DNA of 64,000 bases from the sequence record OK335775.1; one strand, 5' to 3'. Position 1 is the first letter of the stretch. Each line of letters opens with the position of its first letter. Below the pieces are notes generated by a model, which did not search any database, was not told the origin of the DNA, and worked only from the letters and a program-made list of their open reading frames with translations. Of the stretch, positions 46,509 to 56,451 are shown piece after piece. This stretch comes from Escherichia phage PSD2002. The translations under genes were made by a program, and so were the position numbers.

Positions 46509-46838
46509 ATGTCACAAGCTATTAAAAACGTACTGAACTCTTTCGCTTTCGATAAAGTAAATGAACTGATGAATACAGGTTTTGTGACTCCTGAAATTCT
46601 CGACCAATGGGTTGCTGAACTGTTACCAATCATGCACTCTAAAGACCAGAAAATTGGTAAGAATGGTATTCGTGAAATCCTGGTTCAATATATCCTTGAT
46701 GAATTCGATGTCGCTGCCTTTGGTGTCGAATCCAAAGCTTGGCACCCAGGTGAAATCACGGATAAAACTATCCGTCGTATGAAAAACCAACGTAAGAAAA
46801 AATTCGTTGACCTGAAAATTGTTAAGGCAGCGAAATGA
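46509..46838 (+). CDS. hypothetical protein
   Basis: ATG after TGAGGAAATTATT; N-terminus MSQAI shared with the gene at 39242. Confidence 0.45.
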   Translation: MSQAIKNVLNSFAFDKVNELMNTGFVTPEILDQWVAELLPIMHSKDQKIGKNGIREILVQYILDEFDVAAFGVESKAWHPGEITDKTIRRMKNQRKKKFVDLKIVKAAK

Positions 46839-47101
46839 TTAAAATAAAACTCTCTAATTACGATAAAAACTTGGAAATGATTGCTATGAAAGAAGAACTC
46901 TTGAATGATGTCCGCTTTACAGGTTATGCAGTTCAATTTAATGGTGATGGGACTCTCCAGATTGAGGGTGACCACTTTATCATCGAATACGAATTTAAAC
47001 AGTATTGGCTGTATGCAAAAGATGAGGTTGGCGGTGTTGATTACGTCGACGAGTTCGATAACCTAGATGATGCCTTGGAAGGAGCTCGATTCCTACAATG
47101 A
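46835..47101 (+). CDS. hypothetical protein
   Basis: 88-aa ORF. Confidence 0.4.
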   Translation: MIKIKLSNYDKNLEMIAMKEELLNDVRFTGYAVQFNGDGTLQIEGDHFIIEYEFKQYWLYAKDEVGGVDYVDEFDNLDDALEGARFLQ

Positions 47102-47361
47102 AACCCATATCCACCACCCTCGCCTACGAAGGTCTCGGATTTTTCTTAATAGATAACTGTATGGATGTTGAGTTTGTTTGTGGTGAGACTTCTTTAGTAT
47201 GGAAGTCTCATATTTCCAAATACAACCATCGTGAATATCCAAGTCTTTTTAAAGAATTTTGTGGATATATGTCTGAACACGGGTGTACTGATACAATTTC
47301 TTATTCCGAGTTCACACAAATCCTTGAAACAGTATTTCAGGCTTATTGCTTACTCCGTTGA
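47098..47361 (+). CDS. hypothetical protein
   Basis: 87-aa ORF. Confidence 0.4.
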   Translation: MKPISTTLAYEGLGFFLIDNCMDVEFVCGETSLVWKSHISKYNHREYPSLFKEFCGYMSEHGCTDTISYSEFTQILETVFQAYCLLR

Positions 47362-47362
47362 T

Positions 47363-47396
47363 GCTTTAAAAGGGTCTTCAAATACTATGATATAAT
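47363..47396 (+). promoter_or_regulatory. possible middle promoter (MotA-box-like TGCTTTA) upstream of gene 55
   Basis: ATGCTTTAAAA followed by TACTAT / TATAAT elements; tentative. Confidence 0.35.
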
Positions 47397-47427
47397 AGAC
47401 CTATGATTTGAGTTATCTGAGGTAACA

Positions 47428-47985
47428 ATGACCGAAATTAAACTGACTAAAAATAACTATGTAAATAATAAGGAGCTTCTGAAAGCTATTACCCAATGGA
47501 AAACAGAGCTCAGAGAAAATACCGATCCTAATAAAATAGTTCGCCAGAACGACGTTATTGGCTTGGCTATTATGCTCATTGCTGAAGGACTAAGTAAACG
47601 TTTCAACTTCTCAGGGTATACCCAATCCTGGAAGCAAGAAATGATTGCTGATGGAATCGAAGCTTCTATTAAAGGTCTTCACAACTTCGACGAAACAAAA
47701 TACGACAACCCACATGCATATATCACTATGGCTTGTTTTAATGCCTTCGTTCAGCGTATCAAAAAAGAACGTAAAGAAATGGCAAAGAAATATAGCTACT
47801 TCGTCCATAATGTCTATGACAGTAATGATGACGACATGGTAGGTATTGCAGATGAAACCTTTATCCAAGATATCTACGACAAAATGACTCAGTATGAAAC
47901 CTCTTTAACTAAAGCACCAGGGTCTGATAAGAGTGCCGAACCTAAAGTCGGTGAACTGGATTTTTTATATGGAACATCAGATTAA
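47428..47985 (+). CDS. 55: late-transcription sigma factor gp55
   Basis: 185 aa; closely resembles T4 gp55 (NYVNNKELL ... [55 protein letters not shown]). Confidence 0.9.
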   Translation: MTEIKLTKNNYVNNKELLKAITQWKTELRENTDPNKIVRQNDVIGLAIMLIAEGLSKRFNFSGYTQSWKQEMIADGIEASIKGLHNFDETKYDNPHAYITMACFNAFVQRIKKERKEMAKKYSYFVHNVYDSNDDDMVGIADETFIQDIYDKMTQYETSLTKAPGSDKSAEPKVGELDFLYGTSD

Positions 47986-48199
47986 TATCACTCCACTTTT
48001 AGATGGAATGGAAGACTTCGAAGCACTCCCTTATTTTATTAAATTGATATTACGGGATGTTAAAGGTCTTCCTATTGATATTGACCCACTTAACGTCAGG
48101 AATATTGAATTCACTTCTCCTGACAATAACGTAGATTACCGTTATCATGTTGAGAACGCTAATTTCTACTTCACTATTGAATTGACTCCAAAGGATTAA
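47969..48199 (+). CDS. hypothetical protein
   Basis: 76 aa from the internal ATG overlapping the gp55 end. Confidence 0.4.
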   Translation: MEHQINITPLLDGMEDFEALPYFIKLILRDVKGLPIDIDPLNVRNIEFTSPDNNVDYRYHVENANFYFTIELTPKD

Positions 48200-48200
48200 T

Positions 48201-48512
48201 ATGCAAAGCCATGACATTTCTCAATTGACTGATGAGCAAATTGAAGAAGCCCAGCAACGTTTAGAAGAGCACAATATTAAAGAAGCTAATTCTCAAGCGG
48301 CTAAGATTCTTAAGAAGAATGCTCGTGAAATCCGTCGTTTAAATCTCCATGCCCAAGGCGCTGTACTTGAAAACAACTTTGAAGCATATAAGTACGCTTT
48401 AATTAAATTACGTGGTATTTACCGTCAACCTGTTACTGATGAACTTGTTCAATTGATGTGGGAATCTACCCGCAAACAAATTTGGGAAATCGTCAATGGC
48501 TCTAGTAAATAA
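48201..48512 (+). CDS. hypothetical protein
   Basis: 103-aa ORF. Confidence 0.4.
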   Translation: MQSHDISQLTDEQIEEAQQRLEEHNIKEANSQAAKILKKNAREIRRLNLHAQGAVLENNFEAYKYALIKLRGIYRQPVTDELVQLMWESTRKQIWEIVNGSSK

Positions 48513-48696
48513 ACCCTTTAAACGGCTTCTTATTGGAGCCGCCTTTAGACTTCGCTCATACGGTAATATCTGTATTAAGCAGTCCGAAACCGAATACAAA
48601 ATGGTCGGCCAGTATTCCGATGGAATTTTTCGGATTGAGCCCGTAGCCAAGGTTTGGGTAGATTCTCATCAACTTAAGAAATGGTGGCAGAGATGA
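48496..48696 (+). CDS. hypothetical protein
   Basis: 66-aa ORF. Confidence 0.3.
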   Translation: MALVNKPFKRLLIGAAFRLRSYGNICIKQSETEYKMVGQYSDGIFRIEPVAKVWVDSHQLKKWWQR

Positions 48697-48754
48697 TAAC
48701 ATGGACTGCAGGCTAATGAATGACGAATACGAAAAAGTTTAAGAGGTTGTATGA

Positions 48755-48928
48755 ATGACGAATTCGATGGATTTTGATAAGATTAAATCTGACAAAAATG
48801 AGATGATACTTCAATTTGAAGCCGCTCGTATTAAAGCAGAAAATGAAGGTACTATTACCTATAAGCCTATCAAGTTCAGGTCTAATCACGAACCTCTGTA
48901 CGGTGTATTAGTTGGTAAAGGAGCTTAG
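48755..48928 (+). CDS. hypothetical small protein (57 aa)
   Basis: Below the ORF-track cutoff; SD GAGG; followed by a terminator. Confidence 0.35.
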   Translation: MTNSMDFDKIKSDKNEMILQFEAARIKAENEGTITYKPIKFRSNHEPLYGVLVGKGA

Positions 48929-48939
48929 GCTCCTTTTTT
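48920..48939 (+). terminator. rho-independent terminator
   Basis: GGAGC-TTAG-GCTCC followed by TTTTTT. Confidence 0.65.
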
Positions 48940-48982
48940 GCTTTATATTTGGATGATAAAATGAACCAACTGAGGAGAACAT

Positions 48983-49126
48983 ATGGAACTACTTTTAGGA
49001 TATGTCGTGTTATTCATGGCATTCTACACATTCACACGAGCTTGTTGGATAGGATTCTTTTCCACTCCTGACGGGTTCATTTCAATAATTTTATTTTGCA
49101 TTGCAATAACGGCGCTTGGCTTATGA
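48983..49126 (+). CDS. small membrane protein (47 aa)
   Basis: SD TGAGGAGAACAT; hydrophobic; stop overlaps the gp47 start. Confidence 0.35.
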   Translation: MELLLGYVVLFMAFYTFTRACWIGFFSTPDGFISIILFCIAITALGL

Positions 49127-50145
49127 AAATATTAAACACAGGTGACTGGCACCTTGGAGTGAAGGCCGATGATGTGTGGGTACAAAATATCCAACGTCAA
49201 GGTATCCAAGACGCTATTAATTATTCTAAAGCAAATGGCATTACTGTGTGGATTCAATACGGTGATATCTTTGACGTTCGTAAAGCAATTACCCATAAGT
49301 GTATGGAATTCGCTCGCGAAATCTCCGATTTGCTTAAAGCCAACGGCATTACCATGTATACGGTCGTTGGTAACCATGATATGCACTACAAAAACACATT
49401 GACTCCGAACGCTGCTTCTGAAGTTCTGGGTAAATATGACCATATCAAGGTTATTGAGAAACCTACTACTGTTAATTTTGATGGCACTGAAATTGATTTG
49501 ATTCCATGGATGTGTGAAGAAAACACGACCGATATCATGGACCATATCAAAAATACCACAGCAGATTTCTGTATTGGCCACTGGGAATTAAATGGTTTCT
49601 ATTTCTATAAAGGAATGAAATCACATGGTTTAGAACCTGATTTCCTTAAGAAGTATAAGCAAGTATGGTCTGGTCACTTCCACACCATTTCTGATGCAGC
49701 AAACGTTAAGTATATTGGTACGCCATGGACCCTGACTGCTGGTGATGAGAACGACCCTCGCGGCTTCTGGATTTTCGATACAGAAACTCATAAGATGGAT
49801 TTTGTCATCAATGAAACCTGTTGGCACCGTAAGATTCATTATCCAAATGCGACTATCGATTACAAAGATTTTACAAATATCGCAGTTCGTGTTATAGTCG
49901 ATAAAATCGATGATGGCCTTACTAAGTTCGAATCTGAACTTGAAAAGGTTGTCCACTCTTTACGTATTGTGTCTAAGGTAGATAACAGCGTTGATATCGA
50001 TGATTCTGAAGAGGAAGATGAAGTTAAGTCCCTCTTGGATATGATGTATGATTATATCGATGCCCTTCCTGATGGCCACACTGAAGACGATGTTAAAGCC
50101 CTTAAGACTATGGCTGCACAACTTTATAATGAGGTTACACGATGA
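49123..50145 (+). CDS. 47: recombination endonuclease subunit gp47 (Mre11-like)
   Basis: Closely resembles T4 gp47 (MKILN.GDWHLGVK ... WIQYGDIFDVRKAITHK ... VGNHD). Confidence 0.9.
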   Translation: MKILNTGDWHLGVKADDVWVQNIQRQGIQDAINYSKANGITVWIQYGDIFDVRKAITHKCMEFAREISDLLKANGITMYTVVGNHDMHYKNTLTPNAASEVLGKYDHIKVIEKPTTVNFDGTEIDLIPWMCEENTTDIMDHIKNTTADFCIGHWELNGFYFYKGMKSHGLEPDFLKKYKQVWSGHFHTISDAANVKYIGTPWTLTAGDENDPRGFWIFDTETHKMDFVINETCWHRKIHYPNATIDYKDFTNIAVRVIVDKIDDGLTKFESELEKVVHSLRIVSKVDNSVDIDDSEEEDEVKSLLDMMYDYIDALPDGHTEDDVKALKTMAAQLYNEVTR

Positions 50146-50405
50146 CTTTAGATGAATTCAAAAAATCAGGCCTTGAACTAGAACACGACTGTATCGTTAT
50201 TGATGACGATAACCAAACGAATATCATTAAGTTCTGGTTTGAAGCCGTGAGCACTCGCGATACCAACGAGCTTATTAAAGTTTATGTTGCTACCGATTGG
50301 GCTGTGGAATTTAGCTTTAATGTAATGGTAGATGATACTCCAGAAACATTAATCCATATGGCTGAATCATGCATCAAGGATGCTTATAATGATGAAAATG
50401 TATAA
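50142..50405 (+). CDS. small acidic protein
   Basis: 87-aa ORF between genes 47 and 46. Confidence 0.45.
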   Translation: MTLDEFKKSGLELEHDCIVIDDDNQTNIIKFWFEAVSTRDTNELIKVYVATDWAVEFSFNVMVDDTPETLIHMAESCIKDAYNDENV

Positions 50406-50604
50406 ACATGATTTTCATATTGGCGATGGCCGGTTCGGTAATGTAGAATGGGACGTGGATGGTTCTTGGTATACCGGAACTATGTATGCCACTTCTGAAT
50501 ATTCTGAAGGTGTTTCATGGGCCATGGAACTTGACGACGTGTTTGCTTCTTCCGAAGAAATGCTAGAATATGTTGAACAAACAATTCGTGAGAACAATAC
50601 ATGA
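50380..50604 (+). CDS. small acidic protein (start uncertain)
   Basis: ORF overlapping the upstream gene end; alternative ATG at 50398. Confidence 0.35.
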   Translation: MLIMMKMYKHDFHIGDGRFGNVEWDVDGSWYTGTMYATSEYSEGVSWAMELDDVFASSEEMLEYVEQTIRENNT

Positions 50605-52283
50605 AAACGTTTAAGTTAAAGAAAGTAACGTATAAAAATATTATGTCTGTAGGCCAGCAACCTATTACAATCCAACTTGATAAGGTCCAAAAGACCTTAG
50701 TCACCGGTAAAAATGGCGCTGGGAAATCTACGTTCCTTGAAGCGGTAACATTTGCTCTGTTTGGTAAGCCTTTTCGTGATGTTAAGAAAGGGCAATTAAT
50801 TAACTCAAGTAACAAGAAAGACCTTTTGGTCGAACTGTGGATGGAATATGATGGCAAAGAATACTATATCAAACGCGGGCAAAAACCCAACGTTTTTGAA
50901 ATCTCTTGTGGCGGTGAACGTCTTGATGAATCTGCCAGCAGTAAAGACTTCCAAGCAGAATTTGAACAGCTTATCGGAATGTCATATGCCAGTTTCAAAC
51001 AGATTGTCGTACTTGGTACAGCAGGGTATACCCCTTTCATGGGTTTGTCGACCCCTGCGCGCCGAAAGCTTGTGGAAGACCTGTTAGAGGTTTCTGTATT
51101 AGCGGATATGGACAAGTTGAACAAATCTTTGATTCGTGAGACTAATAGCCAAATCCAGGTAATCGACGTTAAACAGGATTCTATTACCCAGCAAATTAAA
51201 ATTTATAATGACAACGAAGAACGTCAGCGTAAATTATCCGGCGAGAACGCAGCACGTCTACAGTTAATGTACGATGAGCTAGTTAAAGAAGCCAGGACTG
51301 CGAAGGGCAATATAGAAAAACTGACTGATGAATTACTCAATGTCATCGTCGATGATGACCCTAGCAACTCTATGAGTGACCTGAGCAATAAAGGATTTGC
51401 AATCAAGAATGATATGGCAACCTTTACTAAGGTCGTGAAATTATACGAAACCGGTGGTAGTTGTCCTACATGTATGCAAGGATTGGAAGAACATGGAAAC
51501 ATCCTTACTAAAATTAAGGATAAGAACTTTGAGCTTCAAAAATCTTTGGATAAGATTAATGAGCAGTACCAAGAACTCAAGCTCATTAAGGACCAAGTAA
51601 CCGAACAACGTAATAAAGCGCTGGCTATTAAATCTCAGATAGCTACTCATAAGCAACAAGCCATTACTGCCGTAGAGAAAGCTAAAAAAGTTAAAGTATT
51701 AATCGACCAAGCAGCTGCTGAGTTCGTAAGTAATGCCGAAGAGATTGCCGCGCTTCAAGCAGAGCTTGATAAAATCGTCTCTACCAAATCGTCCTTGGTA
51801 ATGGAAAAATATCATCGTGGAATTCTGACAGAAATGTTGAAGGACACAGGTATTAAAGGTTCCATTATTAAGAAATACATTCCTATCTTTAATAAGCAGA
51901 TAAATTCTTATTTGAAGATTATGGAAGCGGACTACGTCTTTACACTAGACGAAGAGTTCAATGAGACGATTAAATCACGTGGACGTGAAGACTTTAGTTA
52001 TGCTTCATTTTCACAGGGTGAGAAAGCACGTATTGATATCGCACTACTTTTTACATGGCGCGATATTGCTTCTAAGGTATCAGGTGTTAATATCAGCACG
52101 TTAATTCTTGATGAGGTATTTGACAGTGCTACTGACGCTGAAGGCGTTAAGACCATTGCAACCATCTTGAATAGCCTTGAGGATACGAACGTGTTCATTA
52201 TCTCTCACCGAGACCATGACCCACAAGCTTATGGCCAACATCTTCAAATGAAGAAAGTTGGACGATTCACGGTGATGGAATGA
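50601..52283 (+). CDS. 46: recombination endonuclease subunit gp46 (Rad50-like ATPase)
   Basis: 560 aa; Walker A GKNGAGKST; long central coiled coil; C-terminal LILDEVFD. Confidence 0.9.
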   Translation: MKTFKLKKVTYKNIMSVGQQPITIQLDKVQKTLVTGKNGAGKSTFLEAVTFALFGKPFRDVKKGQLINSSNKKDLLVELWMEYDGKEYYIKRGQKPNVFEISCGGERLDESASSKDFQAEFEQLIGMSYASFKQIVVLGTAGYTPFMGLSTPARRKLVEDLLEVSVLADMDKLNKSLIRETNSQIQVIDVKQDSITQQIKIYNDNEERQRKLSGENAARLQLMYDELVKEARTAKGNIEKLTDELLNVIVDDDPSNSMSDLSNKGFAIKNDMATFTKVVKLYETGGSCPTCMQGLEEHGNILTKIKDKNFELQKSLDKINEQYQELKLIKDQVTEQRNKALAIKSQIATHKQQAITAVEKAKKVKVLIDQAAAEFVSNAEEIAALQAELDKIVSTKSSLVMEKYHRGILTEMLKDTGIKGSIIKKYIPIFNKQINSYLKIMEADYVFTLDEEFNETIKSRGREDFSYASFSQGEKARIDIALLFTWRDIASKVSGVNISTLILDEVFDSATDAEGVKTIATILNSLEDTNVFIISHRDHDPQAYGQHLQMKKVGRFTVME

Positions 52284-52471
52284 GTGATTTTATAACAGGC
52301 CAGCATTTGTTGGCCGTTCCTGAACTAAAGCGGTATGTTTTAGTTAATAACTTCTCTGGAGACGAACATCTTGTTACTGAAGATTATCTCCGAAATGCTT
52401 TTAAGTCAGAGTATGATAGAATCATGTCGAACAGGAATCCTGCCTGGTTCGTTTATGAATACTTTGATTAA
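52280..52471 (+). CDS. hypothetical protein
   Basis: 63 aa, ATGA overlap with the gp46 stop. Confidence 0.4.
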   Translation: MSDFITGQHLLAVPELKRYVLVNNFSGDEHLVTEDYLRNAFKSEYDRIMSNRNPAWFVYEYFD

Positions 52472-52531
52472 ATTAAGTGCTTTAAAATATTGATTTATAA
52501 TACATCTACCAACCAAATGAGAGAAAATATT

Positions 52532-52945
52532 ATGTTTGCTAACGCTATTACTGTTAAAGATATCCAAGTTAAAACCATTCGTACTGATTCCAACCCACAT
52601 AATCAAAACCGTATCCGTAAATCATGGGTACTGAATATTGATACCGACTCTGCACGTCGTCTGCAGTCTCTTCCACAAGAAACTAAGTTCATGCTCTACA
52701 GTATCATTGATAACGACGTATCCGATAAGTGGGTAGAAATTATGCGTCGCCACTATAATGATTCACTGGCCGCAGGTGCTAAACTGGTTATCGACCGTGA
52801 TGGTTCTGAACGTCTCGAAGATGATTATTGTGTAGATTTTGACGAACAACTGCTTGAAGCTGGTGCTATTGTTGCTTCCCAGATTCCAGAGTATATTGAA
52901 TCTCTGCCTGAATCCATTCGTAAACAAATGATCGTTATTGCTTAA
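52532..52945 (+). CDS. rpbA: RNA polymerase binding protein RpbA
   Basis: 137-aa ORF between genes 46 and 45, as rpbA is in T4. Confidence 0.55.
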   Translation: MFANAITVKDIQVKTIRTDSNPHNQNRIRKSWVLNIDTDSARRLQSLPQETKFMLYSIIDNDVSDKWVEIMRRHYNDSLAAGAKLVIDRDGSERLEDDYCVDFDEQLLEAGAIVASQIPEYIESLPESIRKQMIVIA

Positions 52946-52973
52946 TTAATTTTTGACTTGATAAGGAAACATT

Positions 52974-53672
52974 ATGAAATTCTCTAAAGAAACTCTGAAC
53001 ATTCTGAAAAACTTCTCCGGTATTAACCCAGGTATCATGCTTAAACCTGGTAACACTATTCTAACTCGTTCAGTAACGGGTGCAAGTTATGGTGAAGCTA
53101 CTGTAAATGACACCTTTGATATCGAAGCCGCAATCTACGACCTGAACGGCTTCTTAAGTATTCTGTCATTGGTATCTGAAAGTGCTGAAGTTTCGGTAAG
53201 TGAAGACCAAACCACTTTAATTATTAAAGACCAACGTTCAACTATTAAGTGGCCTATTGCCGACCCAAGCACAATTGCATTCCCAAGCAAAGCTATTCCA
53301 TTCCCGGTGGCTGAAGTTATTTTTGACCTTAAAGCCGAAGATTACCAGCAGTTGATGCGTGTGTCCTCTGGACTGAGTATTGATACATTTGCTATTACTG
53401 TAGACAATGGTAAAATTGTAATCAATGGCTACAAACAAGTTGATGATAAGGACCTGGCCCGTCCATTGTATTCCTTAGTGGTTGCAGACCATGATGGCCC
53501 TGAATTCAAATTCATTATCAACAAAACTAATATGAAAATGATGCCTGCCGATTACCATGTATTGTTATGGGCCCGTGGTGAAGGCCAGGACGCTCGTTTC
53601 GCAGCCAAGTTTGAAGGTTCACAAGCTTCTTATGTATTGGCTATGGAAGCAGGCTCAAGCCACTCGTTCTAA
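52974..53672 (+). CDS. 45: sliding clamp gp45
   Basis: 232 aa; N-terminus resembles T4 gp45 (LKNF..IN.GIMLK ... AIYDLNGFL.ILSLV). Confidence 0.9.
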   Translation: MKFSKETLNILKNFSGINPGIMLKPGNTILTRSVTGASYGEATVNDTFDIEAAIYDLNGFLSILSLVSESAEVSVSEDQTTLIIKDQRSTIKWPIADPSTIAFPSKAIPFPVAEVIFDLKAEDYQQLMRVSSGLSIDTFAITVDNGKIVINGYKQVDDKDLARPLYSLVVADHDGPEFKFIINKTNMKMMPADYHVLLWARGEGQDARFAAKFEGSQASYVLAMEAGSSHSF

Positions 53673-54250
53673 TGTATATATGTTATCATAATACGATAAC
53701 CAACACTAAAACCAAGTGTGTCTATCATTATTTTGGTAGACACCGTGTTACTGCTGAAGAATACTACGGTACAGGTAAGTTTGTTAAGAAATGCAAACGA
53801 GAAAATGCTATTACTCCAGGTCTTTGGGAGTTTTGTGTTGAAGTTATCCATACAGTGGATACGTTTAAAGAAGCCAAGATTATTGAAGAAGAGCTTGTTA
53901 AAGAAGGCATATCAAAATATGGTATCCTTTGTGTTAATAAGAATCCTGGTGGTGATGGCGGTGTGGATTACCACACCGAAGAATCTAAACGTAAAATGTC
54001 AGAAACTAGAACAGGAAAATCAAGAATATTTTCCGAAAGTCATAAAGAAAATTTAAGTAAACGAGCCAGAAAATACTCTGATGTTTGGTCCGAACCTGTA
54101 TATTCAAATCTTAAAACCATTTGGCTGGAAACAGGTATGTTAAAACGCGGACGGTTTAGTACGCTTTTACAAAAATATGGGTATAATTATTCTGCGAATG
54201 AATTGAATAAAATTGTTAAACATTTTAATGAGGAAAATAATAATGAGTAA
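53672..54250 (+). CDS. GIY-YIG-like (seg-type) homing endonuclease inserted between genes 45 and 44
   Basis: N-terminal YICY ... VYHYFG (degenerate GIY-x10-YIG); C-terminal basic module similar to the HNH endonuclease at 30192; T4 has no gene between 45 and 44. Confidence 0.5.
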   Translation: MYICYHNTITNTKTKCVYHYFGRHRVTAEEYYGTGKFVKKCKRENAITPGLWEFCVEVIHTVDTFKEAKIIEEELVKEGISKYGILCVNKNPGGDGGVDYHTEESKRKMSETRTGKSRIFSESHKENLSKRARKYSDVWSEPVYSNLKTIWLETGMLKRGRFSTLLQKYGYNYSANELNKIVKHFNEENNNE

Positions 54251-55220
54251 AGTAGTAAATGGTTTAACTATTAATGAAAACGACTTCATGTGGGAACAGA
54301 AATATCGTCCAGGTACTTTATCTGAGTGTATTCTGCCTGCGCATGATAAAGAAACCCTCCAAGCCATTGTTGATAAGGGCCTAATCCCTAACATTATCCT
54401 AGTCTCTGCTTCACCAGGTACAGGTAAAACTACCGTAGCTAAAGCATTGTGTGCTGATACAAATTCAGACATGTTGTTTGTTAACGGTTCTGACTGCCGT
54501 ATTGATTTCGTTCGTAATGAACTTACTCGTTTTGCATCTTCCAAATCTATCGAAGGTAAGCGTAAGGTAATTGTTATCGACGAATTCGACCGCGCCGGTG
54601 TTGCTGAAGCTCAACGTCACCTTCGTTCGTTCTTAGAAGCCTATTCCTCAAACTGTTCTGTAATTATTACAGCAAACAATATTGATGGTATTATCGGCCC
54701 ACTTCAATCCCGTTGTCGTGTTATTAAATTTGGTGAAGCCACTCCGGCCGACCAAACATCCATGATGAAAGAAATGATTCATCGTGCTGTAGCAATCTGT
54801 AAAAACGAAAATATCGAAGTCGAAGACCTTAAAGTTATTGCTGCCTTAGTTAAACAAAACTTTCCTGACTTCCGTAAAACAGTTAACCAACTGGACCGTT
54901 ACTCATCCAGTGGTAAAATCGATACAGGCATTTTGAGTATTGTAATGAATACCAATTCGCCTATCGATGAAGTAGTGGCTGCACTTAAAGATAAAAACTT
55001 TAAAGAACTCCGTGCATTAGCTCCACGTCATGTCAACGATTATTCCAACTTTATTATGTCGCTGGCTAACGAACTCTATGGTAAATTGCCTGGGCCAAGC
55101 ATTGTTAGAATGTACGAAATTGTCGGTGAAAATAACCAATACCACGGTATTGCGGCTAACCCAGAAATTCACATGACTTATCTGTTCATCCAACTTGCTC
55201 TGGAGCTCCAATGGCTATAA
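54243..55220 (+). CDS. 44: clamp loader large subunit gp44
   Basis: Closely resembles T4 gp44 (EQKYRP ... SPSPGTGKTTVAKAL ... VIVIDEFDR); start at the ATG overlapping the upstream stop. Confidence 0.9.
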   Translation: MSKVVNGLTINENDFMWEQKYRPGTLSECILPAHDKETLQAIVDKGLIPNIILVSASPGTGKTTVAKALCADTNSDMLFVNGSDCRIDFVRNELTRFASSKSIEGKRKVIVIDEFDRAGVAEAQRHLRSFLEAYSSNCSVIITANNIDGIIGPLQSRCRVIKFGEATPADQTSMMKEMIHRAVAICKNENIEVEDLKVIAALVKQNFPDFRKTVNQLDRYSSSGKIDTGILSIVMNTNSPIDEVVAALKDKNFKELRALAPRHVNDYSNFIMSLANELYGKLPGPSIVRMYEIVGENNQYHGIAANPEIHMTYLFIQLALELQWL

Positions 55221-55783
55221 GTCTTTTTGATGATGACGTTGAACTGAACGAACATGAAGTTGCTTGGAAATCACGTAACGACGCTGCAATTCAAGCCTTG
55301 GCCGATTCATTTAAAGAAAAGGCTGAAAACGAACTGTTCGCCATTATGAACGATATCACATATGGTAAGAACCAACGTAACTTGGCTCAGTCGGAAAACT
55401 ACAATCAATTTTGGCTCGATAATAGTTTGAGCCAACATGTGGATTGTATTATGCAGGCTGCAATGGTTAACTGTCTGAAACTTGATGACCAAAGTCATTT
55501 CAACTATCTTTTACACGCTGTTCCTAAGGGTAAGAGGTTTGGTAAATGGGCTAAGGCCCATGATGATGAAGTTAGTGTAGTTTTTATTACTCGTTTATTG
55601 ATGAAATACCATTCAATTAATAATGATGACGCTTATCGTTATCTCGAGACTTATAAAATTAAAGGCCATCTTCCGGCAGTGCTTAAGAAGATGAAAGGGT
55701 TGGTTACGGACGAATTCCTGAAATCCGTAACTAAAAATGTTAAAGAACAAAAAGACTTGAAAAAGAAAGCATTGGAATGGTAA
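55211..55783 (+). CDS. 62: clamp loader small subunit gp62
   Basis: 190 aa (T4 gp62 is 187 aa); position between 44 and regA. Confidence 0.8.
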   Translation: MAISLFDDDVELNEHEVAWKSRNDAAIQALADSFKEKAENELFAIMNDITYGKNQRNLAQSENYNQFWLDNSLSQHVDCIMQAAMVNCLKLDDQSHFNYLLHAVPKGKRFGKWAKAHDDEVSVVFITRLLMKYHSINNDDAYRYLETYKIKGHLPAVLKKMKGLVTDEFLKSVTKNVKEQKDLKKKALEW

Positions 55784-55789
55784 ATTAAA

Positions 55790-56152
55790 ATGATTGAAAT
55801 TACTCTGAAACAACCTGAAGACTTCTTGAAAGTGAAAGAGACCCTAACTCGTATGGGTATCGCTAATAATAAAGAAAAGAAACTATATCAATCCTGCCAC
55901 ATTCTGCAAAAGCAAGGGCTATACTATATCGTCCACTTTAAAGAGATGTTGCGTATGGATGGCCGCCAAGTTGATATCGATGGTGAAGACTACCAACGTC
56001 GTGATTCAATTGCCCAGCTTCTTAAGGAGTGGGGACTGATTGATATCGTAGACGACTCTGAACTGTTCGAAATCACCAATAACTTCCGTGTCATTTCCTT
56101 TAAGCAGAAAAATGACTGGGAACTACTGTCTAAGTACACCATTGGTAATTAA
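55790..56152 (+). CDS. regA: translational repressor RegA
   Basis: Closely resembles T4 RegA (MIEITLK.PEDFLKVKETLTRMGIANNK ... LYQSCHILQK.GLYYIVHFKEMLRMDGRQV). Confidence 0.85.
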   Translation: MIEITLKQPEDFLKVKETLTRMGIANNKEKKLYQSCHILQKQGLYYIVHFKEMLRMDGRQVDIDGEDYQRRDSIAQLLKEWGLIDIVDDSELFEITNNFRVISFKQKNDWELLSKYTIGN

Positions 56153-56153
56153 T

Positions 56154-56369
56154 ATGATTCTTGAAATTGAAACGTGTGAACGTCTTAAAGAGGTATACGG
56201 ACTTTCTCCAACTCAAACTGTTTTTGACCTTTCCGAAGAGCTCCAAATAGAATTTCAAAAGGACCTCCATAAGTTATTACATCCCGGACAGCAAGTCTTC
56301 CAGGCTATGATTAGAACTAAAGACGAATATGGCAATCCATCCATTAAACGTTTTACAATAGAAATTTAA
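56154..56369 (+). CDS. hypothetical protein
   Basis: 71-aa ORF between regA and gene 43. Confidence 0.45.
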   Translation: MILEIETCERLKEVYGLSPTQTVFDLSEELQIEFQKDLHKLLHPGQQVFQAMIRTKDEYGNPSIKRFTIEI

Positions 56370-56374
56370 GCAAA

Positions 56375-56393
56375 GGGACTTCGGTCCCTTTTT
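56375..56393 (+). terminator. UUCG hairpin with T-tract upstream of gene 43
   Basis: GGGAC-TTCG-GTCCC followed by TTTTT. Confidence 0.55.
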
Positions 56394-56451
56394 GGAGTAT
56401 AATAATTCATCAACAAACAAAAGACAATCACTCGTCTATAAAGGAAATGAA

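Noticed and set aside
56392-56451. N-terminal extension of gene 43 (MEYNNSSTNKRQSLVYKGNE...) in the ORF track
   Set aside because: The T4 gp43 N-terminus aligns with the internal MQEFY... start, which has a good SD (AAAGGAAA); the extension overlaps the terminator and leader. Similar over-extended starts at 37111, 49096, 54213, 22834, 18641 and 23857 were trimmed for the same reason.
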